Part shown: one piece after another, positions 1-8,597 of the stretch
How positions within the stretch are numbered: position 1 is the first letter of the stretch
Layout of the letters: each line of letters starts with the position of its first letter
DNA from: a virus
Virus record (IMG/VR): IMGVR_UViG_3300027708_000032
Coordinates: 32,001-96,000 of that record
Reading direction: 5' to 3' (one strand)
Length of the DNA stretch: 64,000 nucleotides
Made by a program: the position numbers and the translations under genes
Notes under the pieces: generated by a model
The model's database searches: none
Told to the model about the DNA's origin: nothing
The model's input: only the letters and a program-made list of their open reading frames with translations

Positions 1-2
1 AA

Positions 3-125
3 GATAGAAGATATGACTCTCTAACTTGGTTAGTAGAAGAAGGTTATCCTCAAGAATTAATAGATGAACTAGGAGAACATTTCTACTGTAGGTATTGGGA
101 ACAACCAGATAAAGATGTCAAGTAA
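3..125 (+). CDS. hypothetical protein, 5'-truncated by window edge
   Basis: Open frame DRRYDSLTWLVEEGYPQELIDELGEHFYCRYWEQPDKDVK ending TAA 123-125. Confidence 0.6.
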   Translation, partial: DRRYDSLTWLVEEGYPQELIDELGEHFYCRYWEQPDKDVK

Positions 126-128
126 ACT

Positions 129-232
129 GTAACAAAAACTTGACAAATCTGTTACTAATTTAAGGAAATTGGTCACAAATTTAGTAGATATTTGCGACAA
201 AACTGCATGTAGTTTTAGTAAAAATTCATGCA
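129..232. repeat. three tandem ~27-nt imperfect inverted repeats
   Basis: GTAACA-N15-TGTTAC (129-155); GTCACAAAT-N9-ATTTGCGAC (172-198); TGCATG-N17-CATGCA (204-232). Confidence 0.6.
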
Positions 233-242
233 AAATCTTATT

Positions 243-315
243 AGTCAGGTAGCTCCAACTCTTAGAGCCTTTGCTTGTAGCAGAGAGTGTGTGGGTGAAA
301 ATCCCACCCTGACTG
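243..315 (+). tRNA. degenerate tRNA-like element, anticodon TGT (Thr-like; possibly pseudo-tRNA)
   Basis: Cloverleaf: acceptor AGTCAGG/CCTGACT, D stem GCTC/GAGC, anticodon stem CTTTG/CAGAG with loop CTTGTAG, T stem GTGGG/CCCAC. Non-canonical T loop TGAAAAT, no D-loop GG, no encoded CCA. Confidence 0.7.
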
Positions 316-359
316 ATTTTTTATATCTTTAACATCAGCTTAAACCTGACATATAACCT

Positions 360-503
360 ATGAAACATCTATTAATATTTCTTAGAATTACAGAAGACAA
401 TGACTTTTACCACTTAGATGAGGGACTTACAAGAGTACCTTATTTTATAGCTGGAATATTTTTCATACTACTAATACTACGTCTAGTTGAAAATAAGAAA
501 TAA
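360..503 (+). CDS. small membrane protein (47 aa)
   Basis: MKHLLIFLRITEDNDFYHLDEGLTRVPYFIAGIFFILLILRLVENKK; C-terminal hydrophobic helix; preceded by TATCTTTA (-7-like) at 324-331. Confidence 0.5.
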   Translation: MKHLLIFLRITEDNDFYHLDEGLTRVPYFIAGIFFILLILRLVENKK

Positions 504-605
504 AATAATATGTTGGTACATGGTGTTTATACATAGAATAGTCTATGTTAAGGATTCTGCTATACATCAATATATAAAACAAGAATATTGTAACCATTGT
601 AATTT

Positions 606-809
606 ATGAAAGCTACAGTAAAATTTAATAATGGCAACCTAGCCGTACTATGTTCTTATTGTCATAAGATAATTAAGACAGGAGCAGACTTAACTAATGA
701 TGAGCTATTCTTAGTTCTATCAGAAGATGAAAACATGCTACCAGCACAATATTGTGAAACTTGTAAACCAAACGAAAATGGAACAGAAACAGACAACACC
801 CCCAGTTGA
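606..809 (+). CDS. hypothetical protein, putative zinc-binding (CSYC...CETC)
   Basis: ORF track; two CxxC pairs. Confidence 0.65.
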   Translation: MKATVKFNNGNLAVLCSYCHKIIKTGADLTNDELFLVLSEDENMLPAQYCETCKPNENGTETDNTPS

Positions 810-927
810 TAAAAGAGATGAAGCTTTTCATGCTCTTAGAGAAATTATACTAGATGCCCCTACAGATGCAGAGTATAAAATTAAACTATTAAATGCATTA
901 GGCATATACATAAAAACACTTACATAA
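778..927 (+). CDS. hypothetical protein
   Basis: Likely start ATG 778 (MEQKQTTPP); TAATG coupling to next gene. Confidence 0.55.
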   Translation: MEQKQTTPPVDKRDEAFHALREIILDAPTDAEYKIKLLNALGIYIKTLT

Positions 928-1178
928 TGGAAACAATAACTAAAATTACAGATGCAGAAGAAATATTCTGCTTTTTTAAATTAGGTAAAGAAGGTTCATT
1001 TATGACCTCTCTTATAAATGTCATCTTTAAAGGAGATGTACATAATCAAGCCAAGATTGCTAAAGGATATCCCGAACTTGTAGAAGTTATTCAGAGATAT
1101 GGTAGTGAAAGAGGCTATTGGAAAGACTTAGTAAACAGATGGAACAAAGAATATCCATTATTAAAACTTTATGAATAA
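927..1178 (+). CDS. hypothetical protein
   Basis: ORF track; coupled to neighbours by TAATG overlaps. Confidence 0.75.
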   Translation: METITKITDAEEIFCFFKLGKEGSFMTSLINVIFKGDVHNQAKIAKGYPELVEVIQRYGSERGYWKDLVNRWNKEYPLLKLYE

Positions 1179-1561
1179 TGAGCCATCCCTTACACCACGC
1201 TATCTCTAGTAAAAAGAAACATGGAGGTAGTATAGAAGATTATATAAAATTACATAACTGGTTTGATGAAACTAAAGCACACTTTCCAGACATGCGTCAT
1301 AGAGCCCTCAGACACCACTCTGAGGGTATTTTTTGGCTAGAACAACAGTTTGGTACATATATAACCAACTCTGATGGTAAAATGGTACCAGTAAGAGCTA
1401 TAGGAGAACAACACGTTATGGAAGATGTGGGATTTATTCCCACTATAGCAGACTACCTAAAAGAAATGAACCAGGCTGGTTGGATGTATAAGCCTGGAGA
1501 AGGTAGAAAAGTATTAAAAGAAATTAGAGAAGAAAAATTAGATTACACAGTAAACATTTAA
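1178..1561 (+). CDS. DUF6915-like His-rich protein
   Basis: HPLHHAISS..GG..EDY..LHNWFDETK..DMRHRALRHHSEGIF..IGEQHVMED.GFIPT..DYL pattern. Confidence 0.75.
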   Translation: MSHPLHHAISSKKKHGGSIEDYIKLHNWFDETKAHFPDMRHRALRHHSEGIFWLEQQFGTYITNSDGKMVPVRAIGEQHVMEDVGFIPTIADYLKEMNQAGWMYKPGEGRKVLKEIREEKLDYTVNI

Positions 1562-1563
1562 AC

Positions 1564-1815
1564 ATGGAAAAAGAATTTATAACAATAACTTATTATTTTA
1601 TAATAATACTATTTTATTATCTTATTGGTCTTCTTGTATCCATATTTAATATATGGTATTATAGATACTCAAAATGGAAAACCCAACCTAAAACATCAGA
1701 TGCTATTGCAGCCTTGTTAGGAGTTTGGGTGTGGCCTTTACAATTAATTTTATTTGTTTTAATAACAAAATATATTTGGAGAAAAAAGAAACCTCAACAT
1801 TTAAAAACTAAATAA
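1564..1815 (+). CDS. hypothetical membrane protein (2 TM)
   Basis: Two hydrophobic segments and a basic C-terminus. Confidence 0.65.
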   Translation: MEKEFITITYYFIIILFYYLIGLLVSIFNIWYYRYSKWKTQPKTSDAIAALLGVWVWPLQLILFVLITKYIWRKKKPQHLKTK

Positions 1816-1816
1816 C

Positions 1817-2521
1817 ATGAAAAAATCAATCTTAGCTTGGCTAAAAGAAAAAACTGATGAAGGTGGAGAAATTAAAATGAAATGGGAAGGTGGTGGAGAT
1901 AGTGGCTGGTGTTATTTTGAGATAGATGGTGAAACTATAGACAATGAGTATGCAGACTGTTTGTTACAAAGAATAGACAACACTCTTAACTATGGTTCAT
2001 GGGCAGGAGAGTTTAATGCTAGCGGTGAAGCTATATATGATCCAAAGAAGAATGCTTTTGAGGGTACAGACTTCTACGGAGAAGATACTAGTGAAGTGTT
2101 AGATGTAGACTTTACTGTTAGAGTTCCTAAAAAATTATGGTTTGATACATTACATGTAGAAGTAGAAGCTAACTATGATGATGAGCCACAAATGTCTGTA
2201 AGATTACTTGTAAAAAATGGCTTTCTAACTGATGAACATACAGAATTTTGTAGTAACTTAGAGACAGATTTAGGAAAAGATTTTACTGATCTTTTTGCTA
2301 ATTATAAGTCTAGTGAAGGTTATGAATTTAGCAGTTGTACAGACAGCTGGATATTAGAAAGAGCTGATGCTGTAGAGTCTGGTGATGATTTACTTTTCTA
2401 CATAAAACAAGTGGACATACAAGTAATGACCAATGAAGAAAGAGGTATAGTATTAGAACTAGATGAAGAAACAGTAACCGCTATTGACGAACAATTAAAC
2501 GAAGAAGAACATGCAGAGTAG
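1817..2521 (+). CDS. acidic hypothetical protein, DUF6878-like N-terminus
   Basis: WEGGGDSG motif, GSWAGEF; adjacent to the DUF6915-like gene. Confidence 0.6.
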   Translation: MKKSILAWLKEKTDEGGEIKMKWEGGGDSGWCYFEIDGETIDNEYADCLLQRIDNTLNYGSWAGEFNASGEAIYDPKKNAFEGTDFYGEDTSEVLDVDFTVRVPKKLWFDTLHVEVEANYDDEPQMSVRLLVKNGFLTDEHTEFCSNLETDLGKDFTDLFANYKSSEGYEFSSCTDSWILERADAVESGDDLLFYIKQVDIQVMTNEERGIVLELDEETVTAIDEQLNEEEHAE

Positions 2522-3269
2522 TTATGCAAATTATAAATATGTAGTTAACGGTAGAGATGGATACCATCTTACAGCAGCACTAAGACTTTGGAAGACCAAG
2601 TATCAAGATGATATTAGAGACTTCTTTAAAGATGTTATTACACACGACCAGTTACAAGACTTTGGATTGTTTGTAGAAGAATGCTGGAACAGAATAGAAC
2701 CTGTCACAGTAGAAGAAGCTCTTCAACAAGAAAATACAGAAGACAGAAGAGTGTTCTTTGATGCTATTGGTATAGAAAAACTATTTAAGAGTCTTGATCC
2801 TAAACTTCTAGACAAACAAGTGATAGATAAGAATAGAACAAGATGGGATGATGAGCTTAATGAGTATACATATACGTTTGAAGATGTGTATGAACTATAT
2901 GAACTAGATGCTAAAAAGATGTTTAAAACAGACAGATGGGGTAATGAACCTAGAGAACATATTTATGCAGTTAGATGTTGGTGTACTACTACTAATAGAG
3001 AATATTGGTTGTATGTACCAAGAGAAGCAGCATTAGGTAGTACATGGTGGGCAGGTGATCAAGATAATGAAGCTAGAGCAGATGCTATCAGAGCTATAGC
3101 TTGGACTGTTAGAATAGATGTACCAGAAGAGAACGTAGAAAAGATATATAGACAAGGTGATATAATTGTAGCTAAAATGAAAGATAAAGCTAAAGCTACA
3201 GTATCTACTTTTAATCCATATCATCTTTCTAAAGAACAATATTTATCACTAATGTATTCAGAAACTTAA
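2511..3269 (+). CDS. DUF6745-like protein with C-terminal RQGD motif
   Basis: ENTEDRRV..IGIEK, VRCWCTTTNREYWLYVP, AIRAIAWT, IYRQGDII. Confidence 0.7.
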   Translation: MQSSYANYKYVVNGRDGYHLTAALRLWKTKYQDDIRDFFKDVITHDQLQDFGLFVEECWNRIEPVTVEEALQQENTEDRRVFFDAIGIEKLFKSLDPKLLDKQVIDKNRTRWDDELNEYTYTFEDVYELYELDAKKMFKTDRWGNEPREHIYAVRCWCTTTNREYWLYVPREAALGSTWWAGDQDNEARADAIRAIAWTVRIDVPEENVEKIYRQGDIIVAKMKDKAKATVSTFNPYHLSKEQYLSLMYSET

Positions 3270-3281
3270 AAAATAAAAATT

Positions 3282-3617
3282 ATGCCTAGAGGTAGAAAAC
3301 CAAAAATTAAAACAGAAGAAGCAGTAGTTAAAAAAGAAATTAACCAAGCTGCAGTAGATCTTAAAGTTCTTGAAATAGCAAGAATAAAAGAGATAGAAGC
3401 ATTATATACAGATTTAGCTAAGATTAAACATCAATTAAATTCAGCAGTATCTAGAATAGGTAATATTGATAGTTGTGAAAACTTAGCAGAAGCTGCATTT
3501 AAAGCAGGTTTAGCTTATAATCCAATAGATCAAGCTAATGATAAACTTGAGGAAATGCTAGAAAACTTATATGAAACTTATGACTTAGAACATTGGTCTG
3601 ATGTTAATGAAAACTAA
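3282..3617 (+). CDS. hypothetical coiled-coil protein with basic N-terminus (PRGRKPK)
   Basis: ORF track; A-rich translation initiation region. Confidence 0.75.
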   Translation: MPRGRKPKIKTEEAVVKKEINQAAVDLKVLEIARIKEIEALYTDLAKIKHQLNSAVSRIGNIDSCENLAEAAFKAGLAYNPIDQANDKLEEMLENLYETYDLEHWSDVNEN

Positions 3618-3622
3618 AAGTT

Positions 3623-3718
3623 ATGCAAATTTTAGCAGGTGTAATAATATTAGTTCTTTATTCAGTTTGTGTATATGGACTAATAGATATTTTTAAACAA
3701 ATAAAAAAAATAAAATAA
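3623..3718 (+). CDS. small membrane peptide (31 aa)
   Basis: MQILAGVIILVLYSVCVYGLIDIFKQIKKIK fills the gap between neighbouring genes. Confidence 0.45.
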   Translation: MQILAGVIILVLYSVCVYGLIDIFKQIKKIK

Positions 3719-3719
3719 C

Positions 3720-3965
3720 ATGCAAAAAGCAAAACGTATTGTGTTAGGTGAGGGAGAAATCATCGGACACAAGCATATTCTAGAGTCTAAGAAAGACATG
3801 CAGTATTCTCAAACTACAGACAGCATAACTTTTATGCTGAAAGACATGGGTATTCTTACACATGATGAACATGATAAGATGGTGTTTCCTAAAGGTAAAT
3901 ACAGATCATACAATCAGGTGGAGTTTAACCCATTTGATAACACAGTACAACGTGTATTTGACTAA
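3720..3965 (+). CDS. small His-containing partner of DUF6745-like proteins
   Basis: LGEGEIIGHKH..LTHDEH...FPKGKY...QVEFNP....RVFD pattern. Confidence 0.75.
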   Translation: MQKAKRIVLGEGEIIGHKHILESKKDMQYSQTTDSITFMLKDMGILTHDEHDKMVFPKGKYRSYNQVEFNPFDNTVQRVFD

Positions 3966-4090
3966 TGAAAAAGTATAATAGGTTAGTTATTATAATTTAC
4001 ATTATAATAAGTTTAATAACTGCATATTCAGTTATAGCCTTTCTACTTTTTATAAATTGGTTATTACACTTAAGACACTTTATAAAATGA
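3965..4090 (+). CDS. small membrane protein (41 aa)
   Basis: MKKYNRLVIIIYIIISLITAYSVIAFLLFINWLLHLRHFIK; TAATG overlap upstream and ATGA overlap with the helicase start. Confidence 0.5.
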   Translation: MKKYNRLVIIIYIIISLITAYSVIAFLLFINWLLHLRHFIK

Positions 4091-5193
4091 GTAAAAGAGA
4101 TGACATCCAGAAAGAAGCTCTGGAAATAACACAGAAGCATAAACGCTGTGGTTTGGGAGTAAGTATGGGTGTTGGTAAAACTCTTATTGGACTTAAGTAT
4201 ATTAATAGGTTACAGGGACAAAATATGGGGATGCTTAGGGTGCTAGTTGTAGCACCCAAGCTCTCTATATTTAAATCTTGGACAGATGATGCTGAAAAGT
4301 TCAATATAGACATTACTAATATAGAGTTTACCACTTATCTCTCTTTATATAAACAAAACCCACACGCTTATGATGTAGTTGTATTAGACGAGTGTCATAG
4401 TTTACTATCTAGTTCTCTTGTATTTCTTGAGAACTACAGAGGTAGAATACTAGGACTAACGGGTACGCCACCACGACATAATAATTCAGAGAAAGGAATT
4501 TTAGTAGCTAAGTATTGTCCTATAGTTTATAAGTATATTACAGATGATGCTGTAGATGATGACATATTAAATGATTATAGAATCATCGTACACAGGATGC
4601 CGTTATCTCATGCTAATACATTACATGTAAAGCTTAAAGATAAAGACTTCTGGACATCAGAATCTAAGAACTATGCTTATTGGACACAAAGGATAATGCA
4701 GGCTAATACTAAAAAGCAAGAGCAGATAGCATCTATCATGCGTATGAAAGCTATTATGGGCTTTAAGACTAAAGAAGATTACACCAAGAAACTGTTAGAA
4801 GATATAGAAGACAAATGCATAGTGTTTTGTAATACACAAGACCAAGCAGACTACATGTGTAGTCACTCCTATCATTCTAATAATCCAGAGTCTGAAGAGA
4901 ACTTAGATATGTTCAAGCATGGTAAGATAGATAAACTATCTTGTGTACTACAGCTCAACGAAGGTGTAAATATACCAGAGCTTAGAGCAGGTATAATTAT
5001 GCATGCATATGGTAATGAGCGTAAAAGCTCTCAGCGTATTGGTAGACTACTTAGACTTAACCCTACAGAAACAGCTATAGTGCATATACTTTGTTATAGA
5101 GACACTGTAGATGATAGATGGGTGACAGAAGCTCTTAAAGACTTTGATCAGAAGAAAATTAAATATTTTGATATAGATGATACTATCAGGTAA
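4087..5193 (+). CDS. superfamily 2 (DExH) helicase
   Basis: Walker A MGVGKT, DECH, LTGT, EGVNIP, QRIGRLLR; likely start ATG 4087. Confidence 0.92.
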   Translation: MSKRDDIQKEALEITQKHKRCGLGVSMGVGKTLIGLKYINRLQGQNMGMLRVLVVAPKLSIFKSWTDDAEKFNIDITNIEFTTYLSLYKQNPHAYDVVVLDECHSLLSSSLVFLENYRGRILGLTGTPPRHNNSEKGILVAKYCPIVYKYITDDAVDDDILNDYRIIVHRMPLSHANTLHVKLKDKDFWTSESKNYAYWTQRIMQANTKKQEQIASIMRMKAIMGFKTKEDYTKKLLEDIEDKCIVFCNTQDQADYMCSHSYHSNNPESEENLDMFKHGKIDKLSCVLQLNEGVNIPELRAGIIMHAYGNERKSSQRIGRLLRLNPTETAIVHILCYRDTVDDRWVTEALKDFDQKKIKYFDIDDTIR

Positions 5194-5566
5194 ATATAGA
5201 AAGGAAAGAGGTTTATTAAAACCTTTGACAATAGGTAGTATGAAACAGTACGAACAGTTTGTTTCTCATTTAGAAGATGGAGCTATTGTAGAGTTTTTCT
5301 ACGAAGTACAACATGATGATGGTACGCTACCACAGTTAGCTAAGCTTCACGCTATGATTAAACAACTAGCCACACATATTGGTGAGACAGCAGAGAACAT
5401 GAAGCTGCTGATAAAAGACAGAGCTGGACTTTGTATAGCAAGAGAAGTGTCTGGTAGAGAATACTTCTTGGCTAAAAGCTTTGGAGAATGTTCTAGAGAA
5501 GAACTATCTCTGGCTATACAAGCAGCTATTGAAATTGGTGAGCAGATTAACTTTCCCTTGGGATGA
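5177..5566 (+). CDS. NinB/Orf-like hypothetical protein
   Basis: QLAKLHAMI..LA.HIG...MK..K..S...S.EE pattern resembles the NinB family. Confidence 0.5.
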   Translation: MILSGKYRKERGLLKPLTIGSMKQYEQFVSHLEDGAIVEFFYEVQHDDGTLPQLAKLHAMIKQLATHIGETAENMKLLIKDRAGLCIAREVSGREYFLAKSFGECSREELSLAIQAAIEIGEQINFPLG

Positions 5567-5837
5567 TTGTATCCGATATATCTCCTTCATAAGTGAAACC
5601 TTGCTCTTCTGCTTTAGTTTCTATCTCTTTAAGAAGAATAGATAGGGTAGTAAGATGTTCCATCCATGGTTCTGTAAGCTCTTCATTTTTTTCGTTAAGC
5701 TTTTTATACAGTTCCATATCTTCAGGTGTAAGATCCATTGTCATGTACAACAACATCTTCTGCAATTTCTGAAGAAAACCTGTACCAATCTTGATGTCTA
5801 TTACAGCATCATGTTTAATCATCTTTACTTTTTCCAT
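5547..5837 (-). CDS. hypothetical protein, lone antisense gene with its own promoter
   Basis: Start ATG 5837 (MEKVKMIK); consensus Bacteroidota promoter immediately upstream. Confidence 0.75.
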   Translation of the reverse strand: MEKVKMIKHDAVIDIKIGTGFLQKLQKMLLYMTMDLTPEDMELYKKLNEKNEELTEPWMEHLTTLSILLKEIETKAEEQGFTYEGDISDTIIPRES

Positions 5838-5854
5838 GTGGTATATTTTTGTAA

Positions 5855-5886
5855 CAAATTTAACTGTAAAATTGTGACAGACCAAA
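5855..5886 (-). promoter_or_regulatory. Bacteroidota primary-sigma promoter
   Basis: TTTG (5886-5883) - N20 - TAAATTTG (5862-5855) matches TTTG-N19-21-TAnnTTTG. Confidence 0.7.
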
Positions 5887-6596
5887 TAAATTTAGAAGAC
5901 GTAAAACTAAAGCTAGTAGAACGTTTACAACCATCAGGTTGGGCTAGTAAGCTTAAGGGTTTTGTTCAAAGCTCTGACTTTGATAAAATCCTAGAAACAT
6001 TATATAAACTAAGAGAAGACGGTAAACGTTTTACTCCTCCTCTTAAACAAGTGTTTAGAGCATTTGAAGAGTGTCCACATGATAAACTAAAAGTTATCAT
6101 GATAGGACAAGACCCCTATCCACATTTTGGTGTAGCTGATGGTTTAGCTTTCTCTTGTAGTAATACAGGTAAGGCACAACCAAGTCTTGCTAAAATGCTT
6201 GAGAACATAGATAATACAGTGTATACTTCTGAGTTCCCTCCACGGGAGCATGATGTAGATCTTACACGTTGGGCAAACCAGGGTGTGTTATTATTAAACA
6301 CAGCTCTAACATGTCAAGTGGACAAAGTAGGATCTCACTATGCTGTATGGCATGAGTTTATTATGTACACCTTAGATATATTAAACTTTACAGACACAGG
6401 ACTAATCTTTGTCCTAATGGGAAAACAAGCACAAGAACTAGAGGGTATGATTGGAGAACATCATCATATCATTAAGACCACACATCCAGCGTATGCTAGT
6501 TATACTAAGCAACCATGGGACAGTGGTAACATGTTCAATGAAGTAAACAAAATTATTAACGGACAGAACGGTCCATCATTTAAAATTACCTGGTAA
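5874..6596 (+). CDS. ung: uracil-DNA glycosylase (family 1)
   Basis: GQDPY, GLAFS, PSL, WANQGVLLLNTALT, HPA; likely GTG start 5874. Confidence 0.95.
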   Translation: MTDQINLEDVKLKLVERLQPSGWASKLKGFVQSSDFDKILETLYKLREDGKRFTPPLKQVFRAFEECPHDKLKVIMIGQDPYPHFGVADGLAFSCSNTGKAQPSLAKMLENIDNTVYTSEFPPREHDVDLTRWANQGVLLLNTALTCQVDKVGSHYAVWHEFIMYTLDILNFTDTGLIFVLMGKQAQELEGMIGEHHHIIKTTHPAYASYTKQPWDSGNMFNEVNKIINGQNGPSFKITW

Positions 6597-6943
6597 TGGC
6601 TATCAACAAAGTAGATTTAACGGTCTCTCAGATTATTAATGACCTAAACACAGGTTTAACATGGTTCAAGAAAGATGATCTTGGCTATGGTTCTATAGAA
6701 ACTAAGTATGGTGCTAATGCTCCACAGATTATGGCTATTAGAAAGCACCCATCTCTTAAAGATGCTGAGACTACTATTACAATCTTTAACATTATAGACG
6801 ACACTAAGAATGAAAATAGCTCCTCCACAGAATCCTCAGCTACAAGGACAAGTAGTGATATGGAACAACCAAAATTGGATTTGGTATGTGAGCCTACAAA
6901 GGTGGGTTCAAATGAAGCAGCAGACATCTTCGCAAACCTCTAA
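6596..6943 (+). CDS. hypothetical protein
   Basis: ORF track; TAATG coupling to ung. Confidence 0.75.
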   Translation: MAINKVDLTVSQIINDLNTGLTWFKKDDLGYGSIETKYGANAPQIMAIRKHPSLKDAETTITIFNIIDDTKNENSSSTESSATRTSSDMEQPKLDLVCEPTKVGSNEAADIFANL

Positions 6944-6947
6944 TAAT

Positions 6948-8516
6948 ATGGCAAGTAAAACAACAAGACCTAGTCCTTCACAAAGTGCTACATTATATCC
7001 TCCAGGTACAAAAATGACAGGTAATAATGGTGGACAATGGGTAGTAACACAAAATAGTAATGGTGTTAAAAGATGGGTATCTGCAGCTGGTGTAAAACCA
7101 CCAATACCAACTAGACCATTAGGATCAGGTTTTAATTATAAATTCCAAATTGGAGATAAAGTAAAAGTAGTAGAATCTGGATCAGGATGTGGTCCAGAAG
7201 ATTTTGATAAAGAAGTAGTTATTATAAGAAAAGGAAACTATGGTGGATATCCAGGATATGAAGTGGCACCACCTATAGGAAACAGTAAACCAATCAGCAA
7301 TGCTCATAGCTTTTATGATGGTATGATAGCAGAACACACATTTGAACTAGTAGAAGAACCAATTACAAAACCCCAACAACCAAAACCCATTACAATGGCT
7401 ACAGCAACCAAAACCATTACGAGAAAAACGACACAAGAGGTTCGTAGTATTGAAACTTCCTTGATCAATAAGGAAGAAGTATTTAAGATGCTAGCGTTAG
7501 CAGAAGCTACAGGATTACCACTATTGTTAGTAGGTGAGCCAGGTGTAGCAAAGACAAAAACTATTATAGACTATGCTAAGGCATGGTTGAACAAGGACGG
7601 TAAGATGACAGAACAAGATTTCATGAACAAGATTTATGTTCTAGAGACTGACGAGGGTACTAAAGCATCAGAGATCAAGGGTATGCCAGATCTTGAAAGG
7701 TTATTTACAGATAACAAGTATGATCTTAACACTCCTATTGCAGATGCAGAGATAGTAGTTATCAACGAGGTGGACAAAGCTAGTTCAGCTATTAGAAATG
7801 CAATGCTAGGTGTTATGAACGAGAAGTTCTTGTTTAACGGTAAGCATAAGATTCCATGTAAATGGAAGCTGTTTGTAGCCACTTGTAATGAAATCCCTAA
7901 AGAAGAGGCTAACAGTCCTTTCTGGGATAGATTTATGCTAAAGATGACGGTTAACCGTGTATCTGCAGGTGAGATGGCTAAGTATTATGAGAAGGGTGCA
8001 CGTAACTACAAAGAGAACTTTAAGATTGGTATTCCTAACAAGGCAGAGATTGCTGGTGTAGAAATTCCAACTAAAAAGCTTGAGAAGTATTTAGAAGTGG
8101 GTTATGCTAAGAGTTCAGATCGTACTCTTACGTTTGTACCTAATCTAACTAGAGCTGTAAGCTATATATGGGATATCTCTGTAGATAAGTCCTTAGTAAA
8201 GACTGCTCAGATTATGATTGACCAGACAGCAGGTTCTGAACTACAGAATAAGCTTATGTCAGCAGAAGTTAAGGCAGTGATGTCTAAGGTGGAGATGTTA
8301 CATTCTCATAGTAATAATGAAGCTCTTGAGCTAGCAGTGGCTGAGATAGAAAGCTTGATTAATGCTTATGCTACAAGAGGTGTAATGGATATGGGACAAG
8401 TGGAAGAGATAGAACTATCTATGCAGTATATTTTACAGAACCATCCAGCTCGTAAAGACTATCAAACGTCTGAAGAGTTTGATGCTATGTTAGAGGATGC
8501 ACCATCTTTTCAATAG
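6948..8516 (+). CDS. MoxR/RavA-like AAA+ ATPase with N-terminal accessory domains
   Basis: Walker A GEPGVAKT, Walker B variant INEVDK, RNAML..MNEK, ATCNE, DRF. Starts at 6948 (MASK) or 7395 (MATAT). Confidence 0.88.
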   Translation: MASKTTRPSPSQSATLYPPGTKMTGNNGGQWVVTQNSNGVKRWVSAAGVKPPIPTRPLGSGFNYKFQIGDKVKVVESGSGCGPEDFDKEVVIIRKGNYGGYPGYEVAPPIGNSKPISNAHSFYDGMIAEHTFELVEEPITKPQQPKPITMATATKTITRKTTQEVRSIETSLINKEEVFKMLALAEATGLPLLLVGEPGVAKTKTIIDYAKAWLNKDGKMTEQDFMNKIYVLETDEGTKASEIKGMPDLERLFTDNKYDLNTPIADAEIVVINEVDKASSAIRNAMLGVMNEKFLFNGKHKIPCKWKLFVATCNEIPKEEANSPFWDRFMLKMTVNRVSAGEMAKYYEKGARNYKENFKIGIPNKAEIAGVEIPTKKLEKYLEVGYAKSSDRTLTFVPNLTRAVSYIWDISVDKSLVKTAQIMIDQTAGSELQNKLMSAEVKAVMSKVEMLHSHSNNEALELAVAEIESLINAYATRGVMDMGQVEEIELSMQYILQNHPARKDYQTSEEFDAMLEDAPSFQ

Positions 8517-8532
8517 GAGGTTTTCTTAAGCC

Positions 8533-8574
8533 AATGAACCCAGGGAGTGTAAATGCACTCTCTGGTGTTTCATT
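8533..8574 (+). other. long stem-loop between the AAA+ and VWA genes
   Basis: CCAGGGAGTGT-AAAT-GCACTCTCTGG (8540-8565) extended by AATGAA/TTCATT; no clear U-tract. Confidence 0.6.
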
Positions 8575-8597
8575 AGAAGATCTCGTAAGACAGGCTA

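Noticed and set aside
3987-4035. Two AT-rich inverted repeats (TTATTATAAT/ATTATAATAA and ATAACTG/CAGTTAT)
   Set aside because: They lie within an Ile-rich small ORF; low complexity explains them
5655-5873. 73-codon N-terminal extension of ung in the ORF track
   Set aside because: Antisense shadow of the 5547-5837 gene; UNG-like sequence begins near GTG 5874
6810-6947. ORF-track start of the AAA+ gene
   Set aside because: Overlaps the preceding gene by over 130 nt; ATG 6948 just after its stop is more plausible
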